Notes: generated by a model not told the origin, from the sequence alone. A DNA stretch of 64,000 nucleotides from Octopus vulgaris (GCA_951406725.2 OX597828.1:39370001-39434000), one strand, 5' to 3'; positions 39,474 through 52,658 are shown, counted from the stretch's first letter. Numbers and translations: made by a program.

Positions 39474-39770
39474 CATTGCCAGAAAAGATACAGGCTGGGG
39501 TGAAATTCCAGAGGGTAGATATTCTCTGGAAGGACTCAGTAGTGGTTTGTGAAGAGCCTGATGGGTTGGATACAGCATGGATGATGAGAGAAGGAGAGAC
39601 AAATCAGTCAAGAGTACCTGAATAGAAATGGCATGAGATAAGCCAATTCCAAGGAACAGAAGCTGTTATTGTAGTGGTAGAAATAACTGGAATTGAGGAA
39701 ACGGCATTGGCTGCGGACCAGAGCCTGGATCATGTCTGTGAGTCTGCCAAACGGCCTTTCTCTGGATGTG
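39474..39770 (-). mobile_element. Older CR1/Jockey LINE 3' remnant, split by the RTE insertion and resuming ~38960-38995
   Basis: FYHYNNSFCSLELAYLMP...RISTLWNFTPACIF, then YNL..F..V beyond the insertion. Confidence 0.6.
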
Positions 39771-40027
39771 ATCTTGAAACAACACCGTCCCAGATGTCAG
39801 AGCAATTTTCCATTATATTGAAACACTGTGTATTTTGTTACAAAAATAGTCATAAATAAGTTAAACTTCATTCCAATAGATTTGTATTTATTGTTTCAGT
39901 TTCTCATTTTGTTTAGAGTTGGGCTAGCACTGACCGAGTATACCTGTGATTAAAAGTATTCTAGCAGTGATTATCCTTTTCTTTTTTCTTTTTTTTTTTT
40001 CTCCAAGCATTATTGTATGTAGCACTC

Positions 40028-40475
40028 ATCATCAACATCATTCAACATCTGCTTTCCATGCTGGCATAGGTTAGACGGTTTGACTGGAACTGGTAAACCG
40101 GAGAGCTGCGCCAGGTTCCAGTCTGGTTTAGCATGTTTTCTACAGCTGGATGCCCTTCATAATGCCAACCACTCTGAGTGTGTAATGGGTGCTTTTATGT
40201 GACACTGGCATTGGCTACAACTACAATTTCACTAGGCTTGATGAGTCTTCTCAAACACAATATCTAATCAAAGGTCTCAGTTGGGCCTCCATGAGGCCCA
40301 ACATTCAAGGATCATGCTTCACCACCTCATCCCATGTCTTCCTGGGTCTGCCTCTTCCGCAGGTTCCCTCCACAATTAGAGGTCAGCACTTCTTTACGCA
40401 GATGTCCTCATCCATACATACCACATGATCAACCCAGTGCAGTTGTCTCTCTTGCATACCACATCTGATGTGTCT
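40028..40475 (-). mobile_element. RTE LINE 3' end: C-terminal coding remnant contiguous with the family C 3' UTR
   Basis: HVVCMDEDICVKKC*PLIVEGTCGRGRPRKTWDEVVKHD, followed directly by family C sequence. Confidence 0.8.
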
Positions 40476-40649
40476 TATGCACAGTTTCCATCTGCCAGCT
40501 CCACTCAGAAAGCTTTGGTTAGCCCAGAAGGGTATAGTAGAAAATACTTGCCAACTGATTCTTGTGAGTGCAATAGGTTGGTTGATAGAAAATGTATGGA
40601 AACTCAGCATATGTGTGTGTGCACAGTTACCAGGTTGAGTCAAAATGTT

Positions 40650-41720
40650 TTTCATATTTCAAGCTTTAATTAATAGTTCAAACAAATTATATATGAAAAG
40701 CATTTATGCATCAAAATACATCCCATCATATTCTATTGTCTTGTCATTGTTGTGCCAGAAGCTCAATTCCATTCTTATAGCATTTGGTTGGTTTAAAGGC
40801 AAAAATCTTCCTGCATCCATTTTCAAGCTCTTCCATATTGTTGAACCTAGATCCATGCAGGAAATGAGCCTTGGTTTGTAAAAATTGGTAATCTCAAGTT
40901 CAAGTTTGTGCTTGGTCACATTGGCAGAGTGTGCTGGGGCATTGTCATGCTATAGGAGTGCACATTTTTAGTTGACCAGTGCTGGGTAGCAGGCTTTCGA
41001 AGCATCATATATTTGCTGCAGCTGTTAAGCACTAGCACTCACAGCAGAACCATCTGGGACAAGAGTGCAACACCCACTCAAAATTCCACCAAACACACAT
41101 CATGACCTTCTGTTCGAATGGCCCTTGTTTGATAACTGGGTTTGAAGCCTGGCCAAAATGAAGTCACTTGTTTCTTTTATTAGGATTACAAAAATCAATC
41201 CATTTTTCATCTCCAGTTACAATTTGATACCAAAAATGAGTATCTCAAAGATTTTCTGGCAGATGTTTGCAAATGTTCACATTTCATTGAGCCTGGTCAT
41301 TGGTCAGTTCATGAGGAGCTTCTCAGCTATGTCTATTCACAATGCCAAGCTTATGGAAATGTTGACTGATGGTGCTTTGTGAAGGACCAAGTTCTGGTGA
41401 AAATGTGCAAATGCTTGTACTTGGCTGTTGTTTAATCATTCAAGCAAGGCCTCATCTTCCTAAACAGAACATCTCCCTGACCTTGATTTGTTTTCGAGGC
41501 TGACGTCACCTTCCTTGAAATGGCTGAACCTGTTTTGTGCCACATGTTCGTTGACAGTTCCTGGGTCTTCCACATCATTAATTTCTTTTGCTGCTGCTCT
41601 TGCACTCAGTCCTTTTTTCCACATGTAGCATAAAATGGCTCTGATTGTAATTTTTTCACTATCCAATCAAAGCTGTTATCTAAAGAACAAGTAATTAATA
41701 CACCTTTGTATGAAACTGCT
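40650..41720 (-). mobile_element. Degenerate near-full-length mariner transposon
   Basis: N-terminus IRAILCYMWKKGLSARAAAKEINDV...RSGR, internal DEKW- and HDNAP.H-like motifs, C-terminus IEYDGMYFDA*. Confidence 0.85.
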
Positions 41721-42807
41721 TGAGCAAAAGTAGTGACATTATGTTGACATCCCTTGCTAGCACATCCTCCTGTATCTCTGCACTTCCAAACTTTTCTGAC
41801 TATATGAGGTTATGATACCACACCAGTCAACCAATCCAATACTTCAATTCCCACTTGTGCTGGTGACACGTGAAAAACATTCGAGCAAGGTCGTTGCCAG
41901 TGCCACTGGACTGGCTCCTGTGTAGGTGGCACATAAAAAACACCATTTGAGTGTGGCCATTGACAGTACCGCCTGACTGGCCCTCGTGCCGGTGGCACGT
42001 AAAAGCACCCACTACATTGTCGTAGTGGTTGGCATTAGGAAGGGCATCCAGCTGTAGAAACTCTGCCAGATCGGATTGGGGCCTGGTGCAGCCATCTGGT
42101 TCGCCAGTCCTCAGTCAAATCTTCCAACCCATGCTAGTATGGAAAGCGGATGTTAAATGATGATGATGTATCTAATTTGTATTTAATCTAAATTTCTCAA
42201 ACTGTCATATGCCTAAATCCTTTTTTTCCTCCCTCAATATCATATACTTGGAGAGGTTCGGTAATGTAAGCACTTCAGCTAATATTTTGAAAGACTGTAA
42301 AATTCTTAAACTAGGAAAAGTTAAACTTAATCCTAACATGTAAACAACTAATTGGGGATATATGGAGGAAGTTTAAATTCAGTGATAGAAAGTTGTAAAG
42401 AAAAATGTATGAAAAGTAGCCTTGAACAATAGCTATAGCCTGCAACTCACTGGTATTTCCTAGTTTTCCAGTTATTTCATCATGATCATTCAAGTACATC
42501 ATGCTTTAGTGATATTTAAAAAGTGAGTGAGTAAGGATCCACGTTTATTGCATTCAGTGAATAGGTGGGTGTTTATAAACCCCTAAAGTGTTCAACTATG
42601 ATGAATAAATATTGCTTTAAATTATTATTAAAAAAAACTTTTGTGTTAAATTTGTGCTCAAATAAATGACAGGAGTGTTACTGCATTGTGAAAAAAAGAC
42701 TATTTCTAGTTTAAGTTGATATTTGAAGCTATGTATATCTATATATATATGTGTGCGTGTGTGTGTAAACAGAAAATTACAATCCCCTTACAACACAATT
42801 ATGTTTC

Positions 42808-43250
42808 TACAGTTCTATATTTAAGAGATGAGGAATTATGTACATTATTTACATTATTTACATTTGATGGATATTTGTCCTCATCTTGTTTGTTGTTAAC
42901 ATGTTTCGCCTTCAGGAGCCTTCATCAGGTGTCTTGGGGAAATTTCAAACCTGGGTTCTCATTCCTAAGGTATTTTTCGATGTTATTATTATCATTCAGG
43001 TCACTACCTGGAATTGAACTCGGAATCTTGGGGTTAGTAGCCCTCGCTCTTAACCACTACACCATATAATAATAATAATAATAATAATATTAATAATGAT
43101 AATAATAACATCGAAAAATACCTTAGGAATGAGAACCCAGGTTTGAAATTTCCCCAAGACACTTGATGAAGGCTGGAGGGTATATCAACCGAAATATTGC
43201 ATTAACAACAAAGAAGATGAGGACAAATATCCGTCAAATGTAAATAATGT
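42808..43250. mobile_element. Inverted pair of the same tRNA/hammerhead element (minus copy with tRNA head ~42808-43068; headless plus copy ~43105-43250)
   Basis: Both arms match 22490-22735. CTGATGA on minus at 42928-42922; TTGATGA...GAAA on plus at 43163-43194. Confidence 0.75.
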
Positions 43251-43372
43251 TTTATGTTTCTGTTTAAAAAGTTGTTCAAAAATAAATAGTTCGTTTCGTT
43301 TTTTTCTGGTGTTAGAGTGAGAAATCTAGTGCTGTCTCTGACTTGGAGTGGAAATATTCAAAGATTTGTTAA

Positions 43373-43750
43373 GCAGGTATGGCAGTGTAGTAAGAAGCTT
43401 GCTTCCCTACCACTTGGTTCCAGGTTCAGTCCCACTGTGTGGCACCTTGGGCAAGTTCTTCTACTATAGCTTCAGGCCAACCAAAGCCTTGTGAGTGGAT
43501 TTGGTAGGTGGAAACTAAAAGAAGCCCATCATATATATATATATATATATATATGTTTATATCTGTTTGTGTCTGACAGCCAGTGTTGGTGTGTTTACAT
43601 TCCTGTAACTTGGTGGTTCAGCAAAAGGGATGATAGAATAAGTATTAGGCTTTAAGAAAAGTCCTGGGGTCGAATTGCTTGGCTAAAACCCCTCAAGATG
43701 GTGCTTCTGCATGGCCACAATCAAATGACTGAAACAAGTAAAAGAATAAA
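43373..43750 (+). mobile_element. SINE family A
   Basis: Head, core, (TA)n and tail present. Confidence 0.8.
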
Positions 43751-44039
43751 TAAATATGAGTTTTTGTCAATGTTGTTTAATCACAAATGAGCCCTGATCA
43801 AAGTAATTCTAGAATAACATACATATATTACCCAGGGGAGGCGTGTCATTCAACAGTAGTGATCCATGCCAGATTATTCTGTGTTCTGAGAAATAATGTA
43901 AAGAGAGAAAAAAACATTTTGTTATTCTTCAAAGTAAACAATGGCCACAACTAATTCATTACCTCCAGTATAAAAACTTGGTGAAATTTAATAGCTCTTT
44001 CCATCCTTTGTCAACCTAACTTAACTCCTTAGCATTTAA

Positions 44040-44261
44040 CCCTTTTGTTACCAACCTGGCCTAAACCAGCTCTGGCTCTGTAGTACAAATGTCTTGTTTT
44101 CATAACTTTTGAATTAAAATCTTCCACCAAACCTTAGTCACAATTTATGTTCCTAACACTAGCTTAATGATAACTCAGTCATTTTACTAAATTCTTTGTT
44201 ATATTTAAAATTAATTGAAAGAAGCACAGAGCATCAAAAACAAAATACAGTTACGAAAGGG
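44040..44261. mobile_element. piggyBac-type MITE with TTAA TSD, nested in another TTAA MITE (~44025-44603)
   Basis: TTAA|CCCTTTTGTTAC...GTTACGAAAGGG|TTAA. Host MITE family recurs at ~44608-44782 and ~45178-45335. Confidence 0.8.
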
Positions 44262-45577
44262 TTAAACTGGTCATATCTAACCAAAATATTCTACCAGTTT
44301 TATGTTCAAACTGACCAAATCCAACCTCTTACACTTACTCTACAATGTCATTCTAAAAGTAAGCAAAAATTTATTGTCAAAATCATGAAGCTACAAGATA
44401 AAGCATGCTTAATGTGGCTGGAAGGGCATCCAGTCATAAAAAAACCATACCAAACAGACACAGATGTCTGGTGTAGCCATCTGCCTAGACAGGCTCCTGT
44501 CAAATCACCCAACTCATGCCAGCATGGTAGGTGGACGTTAAATGATGATGATTGAAGAAATAAGCGTTACATTTGACAGGATAGTAATCTAAATGCTAAT
44601 GGGTTAACCTGTCAAATGTAATGTTTATTTATCTATTCATATTGTTTTGAATTAATCGTGCATTACCTTGAAGCTTCAGGATTTTGATGATGTGTTTGTT
44701 TTCAGAATGACATTGTAGGGTAAGTGTGAGAGGCTGGCTTGAACATGAAACATGGTGGAATATTTGGGCTGGATATGGCTGGTTTAAATGCAAAAGGGTT
44801 AACTTGTCTATCGCTTTGTCTTCATTCATCATCATTGTCATCATTGTTTAATGTCTGTTATCCATGCTGGCATGGGTCGGATGGTTTGACCAGGGCTGGC
44901 AAGCCAGGGAGCTGCACCAAACTCCAGTCTGATTTGGCATGGTTTCTACAGCTGGATGCCCTTGCTAGTGCCAACCACTTTACAGAGTGTACTGGGTGTT
45001 TTTACATGGCACTGCACAGGCACTTTTATATGGCACCGCATGGGTGATTTTATGTGACACTGCTAAGTTTGCTTTACGCCACCAGAGGGAGCAGTCCTAA
45101 CACTTCTGCTGCAAGAGTATGGGTCTCCTTGAGTACAGCAAGGTGCCAGGCATCTTGGACCTTTGTCAATGCGCCTGACCCTTTAGCATTCACATTACTC
45201 TGTCAAATGTATGGCTTATTTATTCACATTGTTTTGAATTAATCATTCAATATTTGTAGTTATGAGATACTGGATCTCACCAGTTTGTACATAAAACAGG
45301 TAGAATATTTTGGTTGGTTTAAATGCTAGAGTTAATGTCCCTTCATTTTCACTGAGACCCACTATTCTATTCCATCTCTGCCTACATATACACAGTGTAC
45401 TCAGTGGTATTGGACTGGTATTTACATTTTGGCGGTAAGTTCACACCCATTAGAACCTACAATTTGGCAGCTACTAGGTAGTTGCTTTACATGCTGGAAA
45501 TAACAACCAAATCTCCTTGAAAAGTCACACCTTACTCTTCAAAATAGGGAATACTGACACATTGGACAAGGCAGTGT

Positions 45578-46075
45578 CATCATCATCATCATCATTTAGC
45601 GTCCGTTCTCCATGCTAGCATGGGTTGGACGGTTCAACTGGGGTCTGTGAAGCTGGAAGGCTTCATCAGGCCCAATCAGATCTGGCAGTGTTTCTACGGC
45701 TGGATGCCCTTACTAACGCCAACCACTCCGTGAGTGTAGTGGGTGCTTTTTACGTGCCACCCGCACAGGTGCCAGACAGAGCTGGCAAACGGCCACGAAC
45801 GGATGGTGCTTTTACGTGTCACCGGCACGGGGCCAGGCGAGGCTGGCAACGGACACGAACGGATGGTGCTTTTACATGCCACCAACACGGGGGCCAGACA
45901 GAGCTGGCAAACGGCCACGAAACGGATGGTGCTTTTACGTGTCACCGGCACGGGGGCCAGGCGAGGCTGGCAACGGACACGAACGGATGGTGCTTTTACA
46001 TGCCACCGACACGGGGGCCAGACAGGGCTGGCAAACGGCCACGAACGGATGGTGCTTTTACATGTCACCGACATG
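45578..46075 (-). mobile_element. RTE 3' UTR copy with an expanded ~61-bp minisatellite (about 5.5 units, alternating A/B types)
   Basis: GGTGCTTTTACRTG recurs with TACRTG at 45751, 45813, 45873, 45936, 45997 and 46059. Confidence 0.85.
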
Positions 46076-47261
46076 TGTAATCATAGAAAACCAAAAAGAC
46101 AGAATGGCCATAGCTAGAGCTAAGCTGTGTGGGGTGGTAAACAAGAGCTACTTCCACCTTGTGTTGTTGGAGCATTTCAAATTGGACATGCACTAAATTC
46201 AGCTCTATCTTTTAGATTCATGAACTTTGAGACTACTTCCATCATTCTTAGAAAAATATCATTTGCTGAACTATCGAACCCTTAAAAATATGGAAAAAAT
46301 TAACTTTTTTTTTTAAATATTTGTTTTTCTGTATATTTAATATAATACCAGTATCACCCACTGTGTGCAACTGTACTAGGACACTGTCCTCTTTATTAGT
46401 CTCATTTGGCCGTGACTAGAATCTTGGTGAGAGGTTCCCTTTATTTTGAGAGTAGGTTCCTTCTGTTCTTCAAAGTTGGTGTTTGTTGTGCAAACTAAAA
46501 CATTTACATAACTAACCAAAACACATCCTGTAATGTGATGGTGCTTGTTATAGGTTTTAACTAAGTAAATTAAGTTTTATATCCTAGTTGTTTGATTTGA
46601 ACCTGTAGGGTCATAATAAATTTCTCAATGTAGTTTTAAAAGCGATAAGCACTGTTCCTGCCTCTTATGTGAGCCCAGATTTTTAACAAATTAAAATTTT
46701 TATTAATTTTATTTGATTACTGTAGGAGTTTTAAGAACCAGCCCACCATTCAGTACAATAAACTTGATTCCTCATTCTCTTCACTTCCTAGCAGGATGTA
46801 CAAGGATGATCACAATCACTAGAGATTTGCACAAAATAACCGGAAAAACTAGGAAATGCCAGTATGTTGCAAACTACTATCTAAGACTACTTGTCATATT
46901 TTTCTTTACAACTTCTTGCCACTGGGTTGAAACTTCCTCTTTATGTTCCTAATTAGTTATCTACATGTTCAGATTAAGTCTAACTTTTCCTAGTTTAAGA
47001 ATTTTACACAGTTTTAGTCCCTAGATATCCAACATTTTGGCAACAACAGTCACCAATACAATTTTTCATACTTTTCAAGAAGATTTGTTATTTTCGTTTC
47101 TGTTTTGTATGTGTATATATTTTATACACAGACACACACACACACACACATACACACACATATATATGTGTGTGTATATGTGTATTGTATATATATATAT
47201 ATATGAGTGTGTATGTGTATTTTATATGTATCTGTAAATGTAATATGTGACAATTATTCAG

Positions 47262-47335
47262 TAGCCATGATAAAACTCTGAGTTTCAGATGTTGGGGTGG
47301 AAATCCACTCCACCATCTCTTCAGTTATCCGGCCA
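47262..47335 (-). ncRNA. Type I hammerhead ribozyme motif, near-intact
   Basis: UGGCCG-GAUAA CUGAAGA GAUGGUGGAGUGG-AUUU-CCACCCCAACAUC U GAAA CUC-A-GAG UU|UUAUC-A-UGGCUA: conserved core plus stems I, II and III, GUU cleavage triplet. Confidence 0.75.
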
Positions 47336-49285
47336 TAAATACATATGTCTGTGTGTGTGCGTATTATATATATATATATATAATTCTAAAAGTTTAGGAT
47401 AAACAATCAATTTATTCTATGTTTATTCTATGGCTAGAGGCAGGGTATTCTCTTGTTCTTTTCCTTCATAATCTTTGTTCCCACGATTATTGTGTGTTAT
47501 CATACAATATCTTTGCCATCATGGTTTTAGTATGTCTGGTTTTAAAACTTTTAGAATTTCATGTGAGATGAGATAGCAAAATAGACATAGAATATCTTGC
47601 AGTCTGGCCTTTTTCTAATCTGCTCTGAGATAGAAACATGAACAGAAATGCCAAAACGAGATAAAAGATAACTCTATATTTCTAATAGTGTCAGTAATCT
47701 ACTGTTAATTCTTGCCCCTCATAAACATCATTAACCAAAAAAAAAAAGAAAAAGAAAAGAAGTCAAGAATTTGTGTTGTTTGTTAAAAATAGTAGCTCTT
47801 TTCAACTCTCCCTGGTGGTTGTATTATGTATGTTAAAAGTTATAAATACTACATACAATAATGATTTACTGCTCCTGTGTCGATAATTCAGATGATGGAG
47901 AGTTCTAGCAGACAGCATGAATCTTTAAAATATCTAAAGTTTTTTCTACTCAGATTTTTATCTGCTAATCTAATTTAGATTTTCTTTACACTGTTTTTGT
48001 AGTTTTGTTCTTTTTTGTTTTATAATTATTTTGTAACTGTTGGGTTTTTTTTATGCTGTCTAAGCACAATATTGTTTAGTTGCATGGAGGAAGTTTGATC
48101 TTAGCTGGCATAAACAGAATAACAGAACAGTATTAAAGCTTTATAGTTCCCCCAAAGGTTTGATGTTTTACTGTTTTTCATTTAAAAATCTTGCCAAGGA
48201 ATAAACTTGCATTCTATCCCTGCAACGTCTATAAAATCTGTACCAATTATATACTGCCAGTCAGTCAGTCAGTAAATTATAGTTCCCCCTTTTAACATAA
48301 GGGTTCCTGTACTAAAAAATATAAAATATAAAGAAATAAAAACACCATGTTCCCAATGGATTCTATTTCCTTTTGAATAATATCCCCATCCTCACTATAC
48401 AATTTAATCTATTGATTCTTCAAAATAAGGTCCTCTACTTTTCTTCAGCCCACTGGGGATCCATTTTTTACATTTTTACTTCACAGTTGAGTGGTCTGTC
48501 AAGGGAGAGACATCCAGCTACTCTTGAAAAAAACCCCAAAAAAAAACCCCCTCCCGTAGATTTGTTGTCTAGCCCACTGATCAGTTCTGATTAAACAGAC
48601 CTGTGATCACAGGTATTCTTGTCTTTTTAGAAATATCTATGATTACAGTATCAGATATGGTCTTCCTATTTTAAAGATGGTAATGTGCGATTTGAATGCA
48701 GGAGAACCATCGACAAAAAATTCTGAAGGGATGCTGTTTGGGTGAGGAAATTCAGGGAAGAGTGGTTTGTGGAGGAAGCCTAAGAGAAGAGTTATGAGTA
48801 CTGTAATTCCTTTCTACTATAGGCACAAGGCCTGAAATTTGGTGGGGGAGGGGCAGTTGATTTTATTGACTCCAAAATGTTGAAAGACAAAGTCAACTTC
48901 ATTGGAATTTGAACTCAGAATGTCAAGGCAGACAAAATGCTGTTGGACCCGTATTGCATTCTTTAATGCCTTGAAATCTTTTTTTCCTGAATATGTGTGC
49001 TGAAATTAGGGTGCATCTAATATGCTCCTGCAGTTTTTGTGCCATCAAATGCAGTGTATTCAGTCAATGGGATATGCAACTAGCTAATTCTCAAGAGCAG
49101 AGATGATTATAGTAACAGTAGGAAAGTTCACTGCATAATTGTATATCAGTTGATAGTTTTTATCACAACAGATAACTAAAAAAGCTACCTGATAATTTTT
49201 TCTTACATTTGTATTATGAATTAGCTTCATTAATTTGACAAAATATAACATGTGATTTTTCTTTCTGCTTTGTCTTCGGTTTTAG

Positions 49286-49349
49286 GCTCTACTGGAACTC
49301 CAGACAGTGGTAAAGTGGCAAGAAAAAGGAAAATTGGATCTGGCCGAGA
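49286..49349 (+). CDS. ARNT: Coding exon 2 of the probable ARNT gene: (G)STGTPDSGKVARKRKIGSGR(D/E), with basic NLS-like RKRK
   Basis: Polypyrimidine tract plus TTTTAG| acceptor, 64-nt open exon (2+60+2), GA|GTAAGC donor. Phase matches exon 1. No convincing exon 3 seen before 64000. Confidence 0.7.
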
Positions 49350-49663
49350 GTAAGCAAGCTTATTTACAAACATTATTATTTTTCCTTCTCTTTTACCTTT
49401 AATAGCTTTCTAAGTGTAATATATAATGCATTATTGACAGATTTAATGTGTTAATTTGCTATTGTGATTTGCCTTTTCACAAAAAGCTGGTTAAGAGTTA
49501 TGGTCGTTTGTTATACAGATAACTGTTTCATATGATGACTTCACTTTAACATGCAACACTGTGTTTATCACTTGGTAGAATCAATTGTGGTTATTGAATA
49601 ATCTCTACTCAAGATTGATTCAGTTGACATCTTGCATGTGACTACCATGGGTTCATCAACACT

Positions 49664-49686
49664 GCACACACACACACACACACACA

Positions 49687-49731
<45 letters not shown>

Positions 49732-49888
49732 GTATATATATATATATGTATGTATATATGTATGTATGTACGCACGCACACATACACACATAATATATGT
49801 ATATACATACACATGTACATATATGTATTTACACACACACACACACACATATATATATACATATATGTACATATATATATATATACAT

Positions 49889-49939
<51 letters not shown>

Positions 49940-50012
49940 CCATTCTTCTTGAGTGTCAAACTAACACACCTGCTTGTTATTCCTTCGTCTGTCTTCATCT
50001 TTTGTAAATTTG

Positions 50013-50064
<52 letters not shown>

Positions 50065-50075
50065 ATATACATGTA
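49664..50075. repeat. Long compound (CA)n/(TA)n microsatellite
   Basis: Seen directly; source of several spurious ORFs. Confidence 0.95.
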
Positions 50076-51224
50076 TCTTCTATTCTTTACCTGTCTCAGT
50101 CATTAGACTGTGGCCTTGCTGGGGCACCGCCTTGAAATGTTTTTAGTTGAATAAATTGACCCCAGTACTTATATTTTAAGCTTGATACTTATTCTGCCAG
50201 TCTCTTTTGCCAAACTACTATGTTATAGGGACATAAACGCATCAACACCAGTTGTCAGATGCTCTGTGTGTGTGTGTGGGCACTATATATATATACACAC
50301 ATACATATTCATATCTTTCTCTCTCTCTCTCTACATATATATATATACATACACACAGACACACACATATATATATCTATATACATATATACATATTCAT
50401 ACACATACACACCTGTATGTATGTGTGTGTATGTGTAAACTATGTAGAAATTCTGTCAATAGTTTGTTATACAATAGATTATCGTAAATAACTCTGCCTG
50501 CCTCAGTTATCCTGACTGACAAGAATTTTGACCCCATTTCTTCTAGGCTGTTTAGTTTGTGATAGGTAGAATGTGTACCTGTAAAAAGAATTGCTCCAAG
50601 AAGAATTATCTTGTCTGTTCCAGCATGGAAAAGTACTACTGAACTAGAAATTATCTCTTAGCCGTGTAAACTGCTTTGGTATTCTAATTAATTTTTAACA
50701 GTGGATTTTTGTAAAGTTTCTGTAACTATTTTGTTTATTTGTATAATGGGGCTGATATTTGAGAAACGAATATCAAACAAATATTAGATAAGCAGATACC
50801 TTCTGCTGGAATTCACAACTTTTTAACAGTCTAACATGTGAAAGATTAATTGGATGTAGTGTCAGTTATCATTTTCAGGTGTGTTGCATACCTTTAGATC
50901 ATTTAGAAAACTTCTGCTCACAGTGGAAAAAAATGGGATTTTCATTCTTTAGCCAATGTGTTGTTTTTTTTTTCTCTTGTTTTCATTTAGCCCCAGATCA
51001 GCCTTGGTACAGCAGGCCTATTTTAATCTAATCATAACTATCCCATCTTTTGTACAAACAGTGTATTTGGACAACATTAGCTAATACAACCATTCTTTTT
51101 TAAGCTAGTAGCATATGATTTGAGGTAGATTTTGCTTCTATTTCTCTCAGATCAAACAGCTATATAAAGAATCCCTAATTGGCTTACTAGACAGACAGAC
51201 AGAATACATACATACACACACACA

Positions 51225-51269
<45 letters not shown>

Positions 51270-52658
51270 TTGATTTGAGAGAGATTTTTTGCTTCTATTT
51301 CTATCACGTCAAGCTATATAAAGAATGCCTCATTGGTTTGATAGATAGATAGATAAATAGATAGATAGACATGCACACACACACACATATTCTACAAAAG
51401 CCTGTCATGCATGATAGGCTCTTTTATAATTTGTCTCTACCAAACATCACTTGTAAAATATTAGTTGATCTAGTTGAAAATACATGTCCAAGTGCCATGT
51501 AGCAGGATCGAACCCAAAATCACACACTTGAAAAACAAACTTTTTAACCCCATATCCACACCTCCCCCCCCCTGTAGCTTGCTGCATACCACCCCACATG
51601 ATATCAGTCATGAAATTAATGTCTTTTTCTTTTGTTATTTACTTCTAAAAGCTGCACGCCTATTGTCAAGCCAACAAAAGTGAGTATCAGGGCAGGCTCT
51701 GGATCGTTGCTCAACCTACTTGAAAACAATATATCAAATTTCCTTCAAATCACATATTACTGTCTTAAAAATGGGTTGGTCACATTGGATGATGTAGTTT
51801 CTGAATTATAAATAGTTGCAATGGTCATGGCTGGAATAACTTGGTTAATCTGATCAGGATAAGAGTGGATTGATGACGCAATCCATTTAGCAATAACAGC
51901 CAAATCTCTTTTTCACTGCCCATCCTACTGAGGAATAAGAAAAACAGAAAGAGTGAAGGGATGTAGTCTAGATGTATCGTTTACCTGGGGCTAAACGGCA
52001 ACAATAACAACCACACTTACAAACCCTTGTGGTATTTCGTTACTGCCCTTTACATTCTGAGTTCAAATCCTGTTGAGGTCAACTCTACCTTTCATCATTT
52101 GGTGGTGGCGATGGTGAGGCAGGGGTGGGGAAGCTGATAAAATAAATTACCTGTCAGGTACTGGGGCTGGTTTATATTGCTATAAGGTGTCCTAAATGTG
52201 AAAAGAATTATAAGAGAAGACAAGATAATGTAAACGCTTCATAGCCATAAACTACTTTTCTTTTTTGCTTTAGTTGTTGTTAGCTCCAGGCATAATAAAA
52301 GTGCATAAGTGCAAGCATAGCTGTTTGGCTGAAAAGTGAACTTTTGACCCATACAGCCATACCTACTCCTATGTATACACACTCATACTACTCTCGCCAC
52401 CATCCTCATCTGGAGGGTCTTGTCTTGTGAATTATTTGGTGAACTCACTGATGTTGGTGCCACATGAAAAGCACCCAGTCCACTCTGTAAAATGGTTGGC
52501 TTTAGGAAGGGCATCCAGCTGTAATACCATGCCAAAGCAGATAGCAGAGCTTTGCACAGTTTTCTGACTTACTAGCTCCTGTGAAACCATCCAGCTCATG
52601 CTAGCATGGAAAACAGACATTAAATGACAACATGCATGCACACACACACACACAAACA

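Noticed and set aside
45625-46196. Overlapping repetitive ORFs; superficially CRISPR-like array
   Set aside because: Minisatellite in a LINE UTR: no unique spacers, no cas genes, eukaryotic context.
49642-50491. Long YIYI/CVCV/HTHT ORFs (also 33098-33661, 47037, 52432, 57863)
   Set aside because: Translations of dinucleotide microsatellites.
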